DNA of 36,386 bases from a bacterium (GTDB lineage Bacteria; Pseudomonadota; Alphaproteobacteria; Rs-D84; CACZYB01): positions 1-36,386 of the forward strand of contig JAILLX010000106.1 of the NCBI GenBank assembly GCA_024692925.1, read 5' to 3'. Below the pieces are notes generated by a model. The model was not told the origin of the DNA and ran no database searches. It saw only the letters and a list, made by a program, of their open reading frames with translations. Shown here piece by piece: positions 6,073-15,272 of the stretch. Within the stretch, counting starts at the first letter, position 1, and each line of letters begins with the position of its first letter. The translations under genes and the position numbers were made by a program.

Positions 6073-6969
6073 ATGTTTAAATTAATAAAATTATTCCCTG
6101 CTGAAATTCATTTTAATGCAATGAAATATTCAAAGTTTTTTGGCGGAATTGCTTGTATTTTTATAGCACTTTCAATATTTACAATTGCAACAAAATCACT
6201 TAACTATGGTATTGATTTCTCGGGTGGTGTTTTAATGGAAATAAAAACTCCTACTACTGCCAATATTGAAAAGATTCGCTCTGACTTAAAATCATTTTCT
6301 CCTGAAATTCAATCACAGGGGGATACCGGCGATATTGTTTCGATTCGTTTACCACAGGGAAACAAGGACGAAGCACAAATTGCATCAATGCTAAACGAAG
6401 TAAAATCAATCTTAGGGAACAAAGTTGAGTACAGAAACACACAAATCGTTGGACCAAAGGTTGGTGCTGATTTAATCAAAAGTGGTATCTTGGCGGTTGT
6501 TTTATCAATTTTGATAATTGCAATTTACATTTGGGCACGATTCGAATTACCATTTGCAATTGGTGCCGGAATTTCACTTTTACACGATGTTATTCTTGCA
6601 ATTGGTATGCTTGCATTCACTGGTTTAGAATTCAATCTTACAACACTTGCATCACTTTTAACACTCGCAGGATATTCCATAAACGATACCGTTGTTATTT
6701 ACGATAGGATAAGAACAAACCTTAAATTATACAGAAACAAATCTGTAAAGGATATAATCAACCTTTCAATCGACACAACATTTTCAAGAACTGTTCTCAC
6801 CAGTTTGACCACAATGTTTGCCGTACTTGCAATATTCATTTTTGGTGGAGAAGTATTGCGTGGATTTTCTGCTGTTATGTTGTTTGGTATTATTGTTGGA
6901 ACTTATTCATCAATGTTGCTTTCGACATCAATACTTTTACTTTTTCCAGAAAAAAGAATTAGAAAATAA
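6073..6969 (+). CDS. secF: Protein translocase subunit SecF
   Basis: 298 aa. N-terminal TM, periplasmic loop, then five TM helices with GIDFSGG, HDVILAIG and LAGYSINDTVVIYDRIR motifs. Confidence 0.9.
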   Translation: MFKLIKLFPAEIHFNAMKYSKFFGGIACIFIALSIFTIATKSLNYGIDFSGGVLMEIKTPTTANIEKIRSDLKSFSPEIQSQGDTGDIVSIRLPQGNKDEAQIASMLNEVKSILGNKVEYRNTQIVGPKVGADLIKSGILAVVLSILIIAIYIWARFELPFAIGAGISLLHDVILAIGMLAFTGLEFNLTTLASLLTLAGYSINDTVVIYDRIRTNLKLYRNKSVKDIINLSIDTTFSRTVLTSLTTMFAVLAIFIFGGEVLRGFSAVMLFGIIVGTYSSMLLSTSILLLFPEKRIRK

Positions 6970-6989
6970 TTTATACAAAGGAGGGAAAA

Positions 6990-8591
6990 ATGAAATATAA
7001 AAAAATATTATTGGGATTATCCTTATTTTTCCCTTTTTCTAATATTGCAAAGGCTGACCCTGATTCTACTTTTGCCAAGGTTGAAATTCTCCCTTTATCA
7101 AAGGATGATGTTGCAAAGTACGAATATAAGCCAAAGGAATACTGGGTAAATGGTTCCGACATAATCGATGACTTTTCTATTGAACAGGCACAAAAATTTT
7201 ACACAAACCTTTATGATACAGTCATTGGAAATTATGTAAAACCTATCACTCATCAAAAGATAACAAATATTATTTTAGAGGGTCTTTCTGGTTTCACTGA
7301 AAAACTTTCCATCGATACAACTGACAATCGAATACTTATCTACGATCCAAATTTAAAACTTCTTGGTAATTTTGCAAAGGTTTCTGATAATGATACGGAA
7401 AGTTGGGTAAACCTTCTTATAAAAACGATTCTCGCTCTTCGCAAAAATAATGAAAAAATTGCAAAGGCACATCAGGAACAAATTTACTATTTAACAACAC
7501 TTTATTTGTTAAAAAGTCTTGATGAAAATGCAAACTATCTTGACCCTGTTTCAAAAAGTCGTGAAACATATAACAATAATTCAACAAGTCTTGGTTTCAC
7601 ATACCGCCGAACAACTTTTGGTATTCAGGTTTTAAGTATTTTTAAGGATTCGCCGATATATTTTTCTGATATAAAAACTGGGGATATAATTTCTGCGATA
7701 AATAAAACCCCAACCCGAAGCCTTACTGATGAACAATTGGAATATATCCTAACCAATACCGATACTGATATTTTGAATATTGATTATATTCCGATGATTT
7801 CTAATAAGCCGGCAAATATTTTTTTAAGGAAAAATCGAATTGTAATGCCATCAATTACAACAAAAAATATTGATAACATTCCTGTTTTGGAAATACAAAA
7901 TTTCAAATCCGGTTCGGCAAAGGAATTAAAGCAAGCGTTTGATAAATTGAAAAACGGCGATGGTATAATCATTGATCTTCGCGGAAATATCAGCGGTCTT
8001 TCATCCGAAGCAATCGAAACGGCAAACCTTTTCATCTCTGGTGGTGAAATTTTAAAAACTACCGGCAATAATGATGAATATAATCAAACCTATACTGCAA
8101 AAAGTGGTGATATTGCAAACTCTCTCCCTATTGTGATAATAGTTGATAACACGACAAAGGGACCAGCGGAAATTTTCGCATCCATAATGGATGGGTCAAG
8201 ACGTGCTGTTGTAATTGGTACCCCAACCTTTGGCGATGGTAATTTACAAAACGAATTTACACTTCCAAACAATGCAAACATTCACTTTGCAACATCGACC
8301 GCTACAAATGCAAAGGATATTTCCGTTGATAAAATCGGTGTTGTTCCTGTGGTTTGTACTTCCACAATAACCGAAGAAAGGGATATAAAACTCCTTGTTG
8401 AAAATATTGCAAAGGATAAATTTGTTGACAGCCGTCCAAAGGATAATAACAAAACTGCTGAAACAATTAAAAACATCCGCAACAGTTGCAAGGCATTATT
8501 CCCATCTGATGGTGTGACAAACCTTATGCTTAAAACCGCGACCGGAATTTTAAAGGATTCCTCCGCATATAAAAAGTTATTGGAAAAATAG
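6990..8591 (+). CDS. S41 (Ctp/Prc-type) C-terminal processing peptidase homologue with PDZ domain; catalytic dyad substituted (predicted inactive)
   Basis: Strong SD aaaggaggg. Signal peptide ending NIAKA. PDZ-like GIQVLSIFKDSPIYFSDIKTGDIISAINK. S41 core IIIDLRGNISGL. VDNTTKGPAEIFASIMDGSRRAVVIGTPTFGDGNLQ sits where family members have G-T/S-ASASE and TFGKG. Confidence 0.85.
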   Translation: MKYKKILLGLSLFFPFSNIAKADPDSTFAKVEILPLSKDDVAKYEYKPKEYWVNGSDIIDDFSIEQAQKFYTNLYDTVIGNYVKPITHQKITNIILEGLSGFTEKLSIDTTDNRILIYDPNLKLLGNFAKVSDNDTESWVNLLIKTILALRKNNEKIAKAHQEQIYYLTTLYLLKSLDENANYLDPVSKSRETYNNNSTSLGFTYRRTTFGIQVLSIFKDSPIYFSDIKTGDIISAINKTPTRSLTDEQLEYILTNTDTDILNIDYIPMISNKPANIFLRKNRIVMPSITTKNIDNIPVLEIQNFKSGSAKELKQAFDKLKNGDGIIIDLRGNISGLSSEAIETANLFISGGEILKTTGNNDEYNQTYTAKSGDIANSLPIVIIVDNTTKGPAEIFASIMDGSRRAVVIGTPTFGDGNLQNEFTLPNNANIHFATSTATNAKDISVDKIGVVPVVCTSTITEERDIKLLVENIAKDKFVDSRPKDNNKTAETIKNIRNSCKALFPSDGVTNLMLKTATGILKDSSAYKKLLEK

Positions 8592-8659
8592 TTTAAATTG
8601 CCATCCCCTACATTATCATTGCGAGCCGTCTTTTAAAATAAACCATCAGCCATACAAAC

Positions 8660-8692
8660 AAAAAAACCTCCCATATCAGGAGGTTCTTTTTC
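8660..8692. terminator. Bidirectional rho-independent terminator (ctp-like / VirB2-like)
   Basis: aaaaaa, then acctcc (8666-8671), loop catatca, ggaggt (8679-8684), then tcttttt. Confidence 0.6.
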
Positions 8693-8707
8693 AATTTCTT
8701 CAAACGA

Positions 8708-9112
8708 TTAATCCCAACCGTCTGTATTACCCAAATTTTGGTATGTAGTAACAACAGCATTTGAATCTTCTGGATTTGCCATATATGAAACAACCCAACC
8801 TGCAACACCCAAAATTGTTAATCCAACGATAAGATAGAAAATCTTTTCCCATTCAACAGAACCTTTTTGAATTGCAGTCCAAGCATAAGCGATAAATGCA
8901 AACGCAGCCAATACAAACAAAGCATTTCTTGTTTGCATAAACAATTTTGCAGCACGCCACAAAAATGCAGTAAACGGACCAGTTTTTGCAGGAACACCAC
9001 CACCATATTGTGCATCCGCAGCCCAAACATCAACCGGTACAAATGTTAAAAGAACCAAAATTCCCAAACAAAGAAGAGTAGATTTTTTTGTTAAAAACTT
9101 GAATATAGACAT
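8708..9112 (-). CDS. TrbC/VirB2-like pilin candidate (signal peptide plus two TM helices)
   Basis: 134 aa. Long signal peptide ending VDVWA|ADAQYGGG (compare the AAA|QSAGGG processing region of Agrobacterium VirB2). Two hydrophobic helices (ALFVLAAFAFIAYAWTAI and IFYLIVGLTILGVAGWVVSYM) are separated by the short polar loop QKGSVEWEK. SD aaaaggag. Confidence 0.45.
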   Translation of the reverse strand: MSIFKFLTKKSTLLCLGILVLLTFVPVDVWAADAQYGGGVPAKTGPFTAFLWRAAKLFMQTRNALFVLAAFAFIAYAWTAIQKGSVEWEKIFYLIVGLTILGVAGWVVSYMANPEDSNAVVTTYQNLGNTDGWD

Positions 9113-9144
9113 TTTTTTCTCCTTTTCTTATAAAAACTAAACTT

Positions 9145-9173
9145 ATTATAACACAAATTTTGTCATATAACAA
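9145..9173 (-). promoter_or_regulatory. Strong sigma70 promoter of the VirB2-like gene
   Basis: On the minus strand: -35 ttgtta (9168-9173), 17-nt spacer, extended -10 tgt-tataat (tataat = 9145-9150). Confidence 0.55.
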
Positions 9174-9192
9174 GATATTTTTATACAAAAAA

Positions 9193-9945
9193 TTACAGTG
9201 AAATTCCCTTTACAAAATGCTCCACATACTCATTTTTCGGATTATCCAAATCTGATGGTTTTCCGCTCCAAATAATTTTTCCATCATAAAGCATAACAAT
9301 CCTATCCGCAATTTTTCGTGCAGAATTTATATCATGAGTAATAGTCAGTGCTGTCGCCCCCAATTGTTTCACACAACGAACAATAAGGTTGTTAATCACA
9401 TCCGACATAATAGGGTCAAGTCCGGTTGTTGGCTCATCAAAGAAAATAATATTCGGATTATCCGCAATCGCCCTTGCCAAGCCAACACGTTTTCTCATAC
9501 CACCCGAAAGTTCATCCGGCATCATATTTGCCACCTTTGCAGGAAGTCCAACATCCTCCAACTTTTCAATTGCAATTTTTCGTGCTTCCACTGGATCCAT
9601 TTTATCAATGTTAAGAAGAGAAAACGCAACATTTTCCCAAACACTCATACTATCAAAAAGAGCACCATTTTGGAACAACATTCCAATTTTTCGATTATTT
9701 TCATAAAATTCTTCTTCGGAAAAGTTTGTAATTTCCTTTCCATTGATTTTGATACTACCACTATCCGCATCCATAAGCCCAAGCATCAACCTAACACTTA
9801 CGGATTTACCCATACCACTTTGTCCCAAAAGGACAACCGATTCGCCCTTATAAATATCCAAATCCAAACCACGAAGGACATACTTTGTCCCAAACGATTT
9901 ATATACATTTTTAAGTTCTATTACAGGTTCTTTTTTCTCAACCAT
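9193..9945 (-). CDS. mlaF: ABC transporter ATP-binding protein, MlaF-like
   Basis: Walker A GQSGMGKS, signature LSGGMRKR, Walker B IIFFDEPTTGLD. It is adjacent to the MlaE permease. The ATG at 9945 has SD gtgagg; the track start at 9951 is a GTG two codons upstream. Confidence 0.85.
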   Translation of the reverse strand: MVEKKEPVIELKNVYKSFGTKYVLRGLDLDIYKGESVVLLGQSGMGKSVSVRLMLGLMDADSGSIKINGKEITNFSEEEFYENNRKIGMLFQNGALFDSMSVWENVAFSLLNIDKMDPVEARKIAIEKLEDVGLPAKVANMMPDELSGGMRKRVGLARAIADNPNIIFFDEPTTGLDPIMSDVINNLIVRCVKQLGATALTITHDINSARKIADRIVMLYDGKIIWSGKPSDLDNPKNEYVEHFVKGISL

Positions 9946-9956
9946 TTTCACCTCAC

Positions 9957-10724
9957 TTAAAAGAATACCGCAGTCAATACATAGTTAAAAATCAATATAA
10001 GGATTGATGAATACACAACCGCATTTGTTGTTGCCTTTCCCACACCATCGGCACCGCCTTCGGTATAATATCCATAATAACATCCCATAGAAGTAATAAT
10101 CGCACCAAAGGTTGCACCCTTTGCAATACCTATTGTCAAATCCACCATTTTCATACTGTTGTATGTATCTTTTATATAAACATAAGGATTAAAACCAAGT
10201 TCGTTAATACTTACCAAAAAGCCACCAAACACACCAATAATATCCGCAACAATTACCAACAACGGCATAACCAAAACACCCGCCAAAACCCTTGGTGAAA
10301 CAATATACTTAAATGGACTCATTGATAAAGTTTTAAGTGCATCAAGTTGCTCTGTTACCTTCATTGTACCAATACTTGCCGCCATAGTTGCACCGATTCG
10401 ACCCGCAACCATTAACCCTGCGAACACAGGACCAAGCTCACGGGTAATCGCAATTTCAACAACAGTTGCAACCGCACCTTCTGCTGAAAAACTTGAAAAT
10501 CCAGAATAGCTTTGAAGTGCCAAAACCATACCTGCAAAAAGTGCGGTAAGTGATACAACCGGAAGCGAATAAAACCCGATTTCAATAAAGTTTTTCAAAA
10601 ACACCTTTGGATAATATGGTGGCAAAAACCAATTATGCACAGTCTGTATTAAAAAAAGTAAAAATTGGAACAAAGATTTTACAAAATTTATTCCCATAGT
10701 ACCAATTTTACGAACCATTTCCAT
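9957..10724 (-). CDS. mlaE: ABC transporter permease, MlaE family
   Basis: 255 aa polytopic protein. RELGPVFAGLMVAGRIG and MVLPLL-type motifs are typical of MlaE/Ttg2B. Confidence 0.87.
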   Translation of the reverse strand: MEMVRKIGTMGINFVKSLFQFLLFLIQTVHNWFLPPYYPKVFLKNFIEIGFYSLPVVSLTALFAGMVLALQSYSGFSSFSAEGAVATVVEIAITRELGPVFAGLMVAGRIGATMAASIGTMKVTEQLDALKTLSMSPFKYIVSPRVLAGVLVMPLLVIVADIIGVFGGFLVSINELGFNPYVYIKDTYNSMKMVDLTIGIAKGATFGAIITSMGCYYGYYTEGGADGVGKATTNAVVYSSILILIFNYVLTAVFF

Positions 10725-10726
10725 TT

Positions 10727-11710
10727 TTATTCTCCTCTAAAAAAATCAATTATTTCCTGCATATCCGAAGGAAGTTTTGTTTCAAATTTCATACGTTCCC
10801 CAGTTATCGGATGATTAAATTCAATATTCTTACTGTGAAGCATTTGCCTTTTTATTCCCATAAGCAAGGAACGAACCTCTTCATTTTCAACCTGTGTAAT
10901 ATGACGTTGAGGATTTCCGTAAACACTATCCCCCAAAATCGGCGTCCCAATACTTGACATATGCACACGAATTTGATGTGTTCTTCCTGTTTCCAACAAA
11001 CATTTCACAAGTGCAAGTGGTTTGAACTTCGCCCCACTAAAAACCTCTAATGTTTCATAATTTGTAATCGCTGGTTTTCCACCATCATAAACAACAGTCA
11101 TTTCCTGTCGCGAATGAGGATTTCGTGCAATATTTTTTTCAATTCTACCACTTATTGGATTTGGCATTCCCCACAAAAGAGCATAATATTCACGCTTCAC
11201 CGAATGATTCGCAAATTGTTTTTGCATAACGGAATAAGCCTTATCAGTTTTGCATGCCATCATTGCACCACTTGTATCTTTATCAAGCCTATGCACAATA
11301 CCCTGACGACCAACATCACCACCAACACTTGAAAGTTTGCCATTACAATGATAAAGAAGTGCATTTACCAAAGTTCCACTGTTGACCCCTGCCCCCTGAT
11401 GTACAACCATACCCGCAGGTTTATTTATCACAATAATATCATCATCTTCATAAAGGATATCCAGCGGAATATTTTCAGGTTTAAGTGAAGTTTCAACTTT
11501 TTCCTCTGGTACATTCACCGAATAAATTTCACCAGTTGCAACATCGATTCGCTGACTTTCAACAGGACTATCATTTTTAGTAATAAATCCATTTTTGATA
11601 AATTGTTGAATTTTTGATCGTGAAAAATCAGGCATAACAGTTGCAAGCCACTTATCCAACCTTACCCCATTAAATTGTTCATCAACTTCAAAAGTCAAAA
11701 TATTGCTCAT
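10727..11710 (-). CDS. rluD: 23S rRNA pseudouridine synthase, RluA family (RluD-like, N-terminal S4 domain)
   Basis: 327 aa. S4 region RLDKWL. Catalytic motif HRLDKDTSG. GRTHQIRVH near the C-terminus. Confidence 0.9.
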   Translation of the reverse strand: MSNILTFEVDEQFNGVRLDKWLATVMPDFSRSKIQQFIKNGFITKNDSPVESQRIDVATGEIYSVNVPEEKVETSLKPENIPLDILYEDDDIIVINKPAGMVVHQGAGVNSGTLVNALLYHCNGKLSSVGGDVGRQGIVHRLDKDTSGAMMACKTDKAYSVMQKQFANHSVKREYYALLWGMPNPISGRIEKNIARNPHSRQEMTVVYDGGKPAITNYETLEVFSGAKFKPLALVKCLLETGRTHQIRVHMSSIGTPILGDSVYGNPQRHITQVENEEVRSLLMGIKRQMLHSKNIEFNHPITGERMKFETKLPSDMQEIIDFFRGE

Positions 11711-12174
11711 TATAATTCTACACCATCATATTCTTGTATAATATCTTTATTTGCATTAGGATTTATTTCGTGTTTTTCACATTCCGAAATATTAACCTGC
11801 ATTCTTGGAATAACACCCTGAGCAATAGACCCCTGCACACTCACAGGGCAAAGCATATATCCATCTGCCTTTGCATTTTTTGGAACAAATGCACCAATAG
11901 GTTTAGTTATATAACTAAGATAAATTTCCTTTGGTGGTTCCAAACAAAAAAGGGTAATCATATTCCGCCCAACAATAGTTCTATAATATTCCCTATTATA
12001 TTGACCATAGCATGGAAAATTAGTTAAATAATATCCCTGTGTCACATTCAAATTGTCATCACTTACAATATAGATTTTATATTGTTGATCAGATACATTA
12101 AACCAATTGCTCCACTGTGAAAAAGAAACCTTTGAAATCAGCAATCCCAAACAAAGAAAAAATATTTTTTTCAT
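11710..12174 (-). CDS. Hypothetical secreted protein (4 Cys)
   Basis: Signal peptide MKKIFFLCLGLLISKVSFSQ. Its stop overlaps the rluD start (TAATG), so the two are translationally coupled within the operon. No family recognised. Confidence 0.6.
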   Translation of the reverse strand: MKKIFFLCLGLLISKVSFSQWSNWFNVSDQQYKIYIVSDDNLNVTQGYYLTNFPCYGQYNREYYRTIVGRNMITLFCLEPPKEIYLSYITKPIGAFVPKNAKADGYMLCPVSVQGSIAQGVIPRMQVNISECEKHEINPNANKDIIQEYDGVEL

Positions 12175-12188
12175 TTATCCTCCATTAT

Positions 12189-12869
12189 TTAGATTTTAGA
12201 TTCGTCAACAAAGTCAACTTTTACCCTTGCAACCTGTGATGAAAACTTAAATACCTTAAACATAAAGTCAGTTTTTTCCAAAGGAGCCAAAGTTTTCTTT
12301 TCAATTTCCCTTTCTTGTTCCTGAAGGACTCTTTCATCACGATTTTCCAAACGGATAACAAGTTTTGGTACAGGCATTTTTTTATTTGTTGGATTATACA
12401 CAAAACCACGAATAATTATATACTCGTTTGAACCTTCCTTTGTAAGGGTAAGAGGTTTCACAATTTCAATATATAATTCTTTTGCCTTGCTACCTTTGTT
12501 TTCAGTATCAAATACATTCTGTGCATCCTTTGAAACCGAAGAATTCATAACAAATTGACTAACAATAATTATTATTGAAAAAAGCACAACTCCCATTAAA
12601 AATATAACAAAATTTTTAACCGAAAAAATCGAAAGGAAGTTTTTTAATTTTCCAGATTGAGCAGATTCGCCCTCTTCCTCTGTTAAAATAGATGGAAGTT
12701 TTTCTTCCTCATCTTTCACAGGAATATTTTCTGCAATTTTTTGACCCTTTTCAATATGTTCACTCCAAATATAGGCACATTCGGAACACTGAAATTTCAT
12801 TTCGCCATTTGAAACAGCACTATCATTAACTTCAAATTTTGTTTTACATTTAGGACATTCTATAATCAT
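12189..12869 (-). CDS. MJ0042-type zinc-ribbon protein with TM helix and DUF3426-like C-terminal domain
   Basis: MIIECPKCKTKFEVND...KFQCSECAYIW (two CxxC pairs), a central TM helix FVIFLMGVVLFSIIIIV, and a beta-rich C-terminus. It is divergent from ftsE. Confidence 0.8.
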   Translation of the reverse strand: MIIECPKCKTKFEVNDSAVSNGEMKFQCSECAYIWSEHIEKGQKIAENIPVKDEEEKLPSILTEEEGESAQSGKLKNFLSIFSVKNFVIFLMGVVLFSIIIIVSQFVMNSSVSKDAQNVFDTENKGSKAKELYIEIVKPLTLTKEGSNEYIIIRGFVYNPTNKKMPVPKLVIRLENRDERVLQEQEREIEKKTLAPLEKTDFMFKVFKFSSQVARVKVDFVDESKI

Positions 12870-13001
12870 AATAAACCCCTTTTATATACAATTCACAAGG
12901 TGAAGTATAAATCAAAGATATTAATTTTTCAATTTATAAAAATAAAATATTTGTATTTTATTAAAAATTTTGTATGATAAGAAATATTACGGAGAAATAA
13001 A

Positions 13002-13691
13002 ATGCAAAAAACACAAAGTGATTCAACAAAACCTATCATAAGTCTTCAAAATGTTGGGCTTCGTTATAATGCTGGTCCCGAAGTATTAAAGGATATAAAT
13101 CTTGAATTAAAGGCTGGGGATTTTTATTTTCTTACTGGTGCAAGTGGTGCTGGAAAGACATCTCTCTTAAAACTTTTGCATCTTGCACACAAACCAACCC
13201 GTGGAAAGGTAAAAATTTTCGGCAAAGATATTGATTTCATAAAACAACAGGATATGGCTAATATTCGTCGAAGAATTGGTATAGTATTTCAGGATTATCA
13301 CTTGCTTGACCATTTATCAGTACTTGACAATGTTGCACTTCCTCTTCGTATTGTCGGACGAAGTGAAAGGTATATTCAAACACACGTTCCGGAACTTCTT
13401 GAATGGGTTGGTTTAAAAAAATTTATAAATGTAAAACCAAAACTTCTATCCGGTGGTCAACAACAAAGGGTTGCTATTGCACGTGCAGTAATAAACAATC
13501 CTGATATTTTAATTGCCGATGAACCAACCGGAAATGTTGATGAAGAAATGGCAAAAAAATTGCTTTTCTTATTTCTTGAATTAAACAAGATGGGAACAAC
13601 AGTAATAATTGCAACCCACAGCACAAATTTAATAAAACAATTCCATTTTCCAGTTTTACACCTCCAAGATGGACATCTAACAAAGGAATAA
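13002..13691 (+). CDS. ftsE: Cell division ATP-binding protein FtsE
   Basis: Walker A GASGAGKTS, signature LSGGQQQRVAIARA, Walker B ILIADEPTGNVD. ftsX follows directly. Confidence 0.92.
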   Translation: MQKTQSDSTKPIISLQNVGLRYNAGPEVLKDINLELKAGDFYFLTGASGAGKTSLLKLLHLAHKPTRGKVKIFGKDIDFIKQQDMANIRRRIGIVFQDYHLLDHLSVLDNVALPLRIVGRSERYIQTHVPELLEWVGLKKFINVKPKLLSGGQQQRVAIARAVINNPDILIADEPTGNVDEEMAKKLLFLFLELNKMGTTVIIATHSTNLIKQFHFPVLHLQDGHLTKE

Positions 13692-13692
13692 A

Positions 13693-14571
13693 ATGTTAAA
13701 AACAGATATAGCTTTTAAAACAGATTTAAACAAAGGTTTTTTACCATTCATCACTGCATTTATGGTATTTGTTGCTTCAATCACATTTGCCACTGCGTTA
13801 ATTGGAAACAGTCTTGCAACGGATTGGAACAAACATATGAACAACAACCTAACTATACAGGTTCTTCCTGATATGAAGGCAAAAAATCCATCCCAAGAAA
13901 TAGAGGCAAGAATAAATAATATATCAAAAATATTAAAACAAACCCCAGGTGTAAAATCATATTATGCTATGACAAAAGATGAAACTGTAAATCTTTTAAA
14001 ACCATGGCTTGGTGGAAAAATTGATATTACACTTCCACGAATTATTTCCGTACAAACATCTGATGTAATTCCTCTTAATACAAAAACATTAACAAATGAA
14101 ATAAGAAGTTATTCTTCGCTTATAAAGTTGGAAACTTATGAAAATTGGATGTACGATTTTAAAAACACAATATCCGCAGTACAAACACTCCTTGGCTTAA
14201 TCATAGTTTTGATTTTAGCAACAACTGCAATCACAATATCTTATGCAACAAAATCCGGACTTAATATAAACAGAAAAGTTATAAATATTATGCATATGGT
14301 TGGTGCAACAAACAAATATATCTCGACTCAATTTTCACGACAGATGATGATTCTTGCCATATCCGGAGGATTCGTTGGATACATAATTTCGTGTTTGGTA
14401 ATTTTCATTATAAAAACTATATCCGAAGAAATAAGTGATGGTATTATTGCTAATTTCGAGTTCTCATCGTATGTATATTTAGAAATGTTGCTAATTCCAA
14501 TTATTGCTGGTATAATAGCAAAGGTAAGTGCGATGCTTACAATAAGAAAAGAACTTAACGATATGATGTAA
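13693..14571 (+). CDS. ftsX: Cell division permease-like protein FtsX
   Basis: 292 aa. TM1, a large periplasmic domain, then three C-terminal TM helices. It starts 1 nt after the ftsE stop. Confidence 0.88.
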   Translation: MLKTDIAFKTDLNKGFLPFITAFMVFVASITFATALIGNSLATDWNKHMNNNLTIQVLPDMKAKNPSQEIEARINNISKILKQTPGVKSYYAMTKDETVNLLKPWLGGKIDITLPRIISVQTSDVIPLNTKTLTNEIRSYSSLIKLETYENWMYDFKNTISAVQTLLGLIIVLILATTAITISYATKSGLNINRKVINIMHMVGATNKYISTQFSRQMMILAISGGFVGYIISCLVIFIIKTISEEISDGIIANFEFSSYVYLEMLLIPIIAGIIAKVSAMLTIRKELNDMM

Positions 14572-14573
14572 AA

Positions 14574-15272
14574 ATGGAAATTGAAAAGTATAAAGAAGGC
14601 TTTAAGCCAAAAAAAGAATTATCTGAATCCGAACTTCGTGCAAAAAAATATGTGCTTTGGATTCTTATTGTTTCAGGATTGTATTTTCTCGGCTTTGTAT
14701 ATTTTGCATTGAACCTTGAATATGAACCTGCATACATAAATGAAAAGACTGATGCAATTATTGTTCTTACTGGTGAAACACGCCGTATAACTGATAGTAT
14801 TGAGGAATTAGGAAAAGGAAACTCCCCTAAACTTTTCATCTCTGGTGTTTATCTACAGGCTCCTATTTCAAAGGTAATTGATAAAACAATCTCCAATTTA
14901 CAAAAATCAGGGAAACTATCCGTATCTCCCGATTCCCTTAAATCAAAAATTTCAACTGGAAAGGCTGAAAACACAATCGAAAATGCATTGGAAAGTGCTG
15001 TTTGGGTAAAGAAAAATAATGTTGATACTGTTCGTTTAATCACATCATTTTATCATATGCCAAGATCAAAACTTCTTTTTCAAAAATATCTTCCTAAAAC
15101 GGCAATAATTTATCACCCTATTTCATTTTCACAAAGTCGTTTTACAACATTAACTAATCCACATATGCTTGGTTTAGTCTTCGGTGAATATAACAAATTT
15201 ATATTAACATACATCTGGAACCTTACTGGTTTAGAAACAAAAACGGCATTAAGAATACAAGGAGCATTATAA
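14574..15272 (+). CDS. YdcF/ElyC family (DUF218) protein
   Basis: N-terminal TM. AIIVLTGETRRI...KLFISGV and SFYHMPRS motifs are typical of DUF218. Confidence 0.78.
   Translation: MEIEKYKEGFKPKKELSESELRAKKYVLWILIVSGLYFLGFVYFALNLEYEPAYINEKTDAIIVLTGETRRITDSIEELGKGNSPKLFISGVYLQAPISKVIDKTISNLQKSGKLSVSPDSLKSKISTGKAENTIENALESAVWVKKNNVDTVRLITSFYHMPRSKLLFQKYLPKTAIIYHPISFSQSRFTTLTNPHMLGLVFGEYNKFILTYIWNLTGLETKTALRIQGAL

Noticed and set aside
1233-8684. Shared loop sequence (CAATCG / CATATCA) in the three bidirectional terminators as a specific protein-binding motif
   Set aside because: The stems are simply poly-C/poly-G with AT-rich flanks, and the loop similarity covers only 4-6 nt. This is most simply explained as ordinary intrinsic terminators between convergent genes.
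9334-9960. 208-aa ORF (and the 105-aa ORF at 9389-9706) on the plus strand
   Set aside because: It is entirely antisense to the well-supported mlaF gene. It has no SD, and its composition (many N/I/F/K/H) is typical of the reverse frame of an AT-rich gene.
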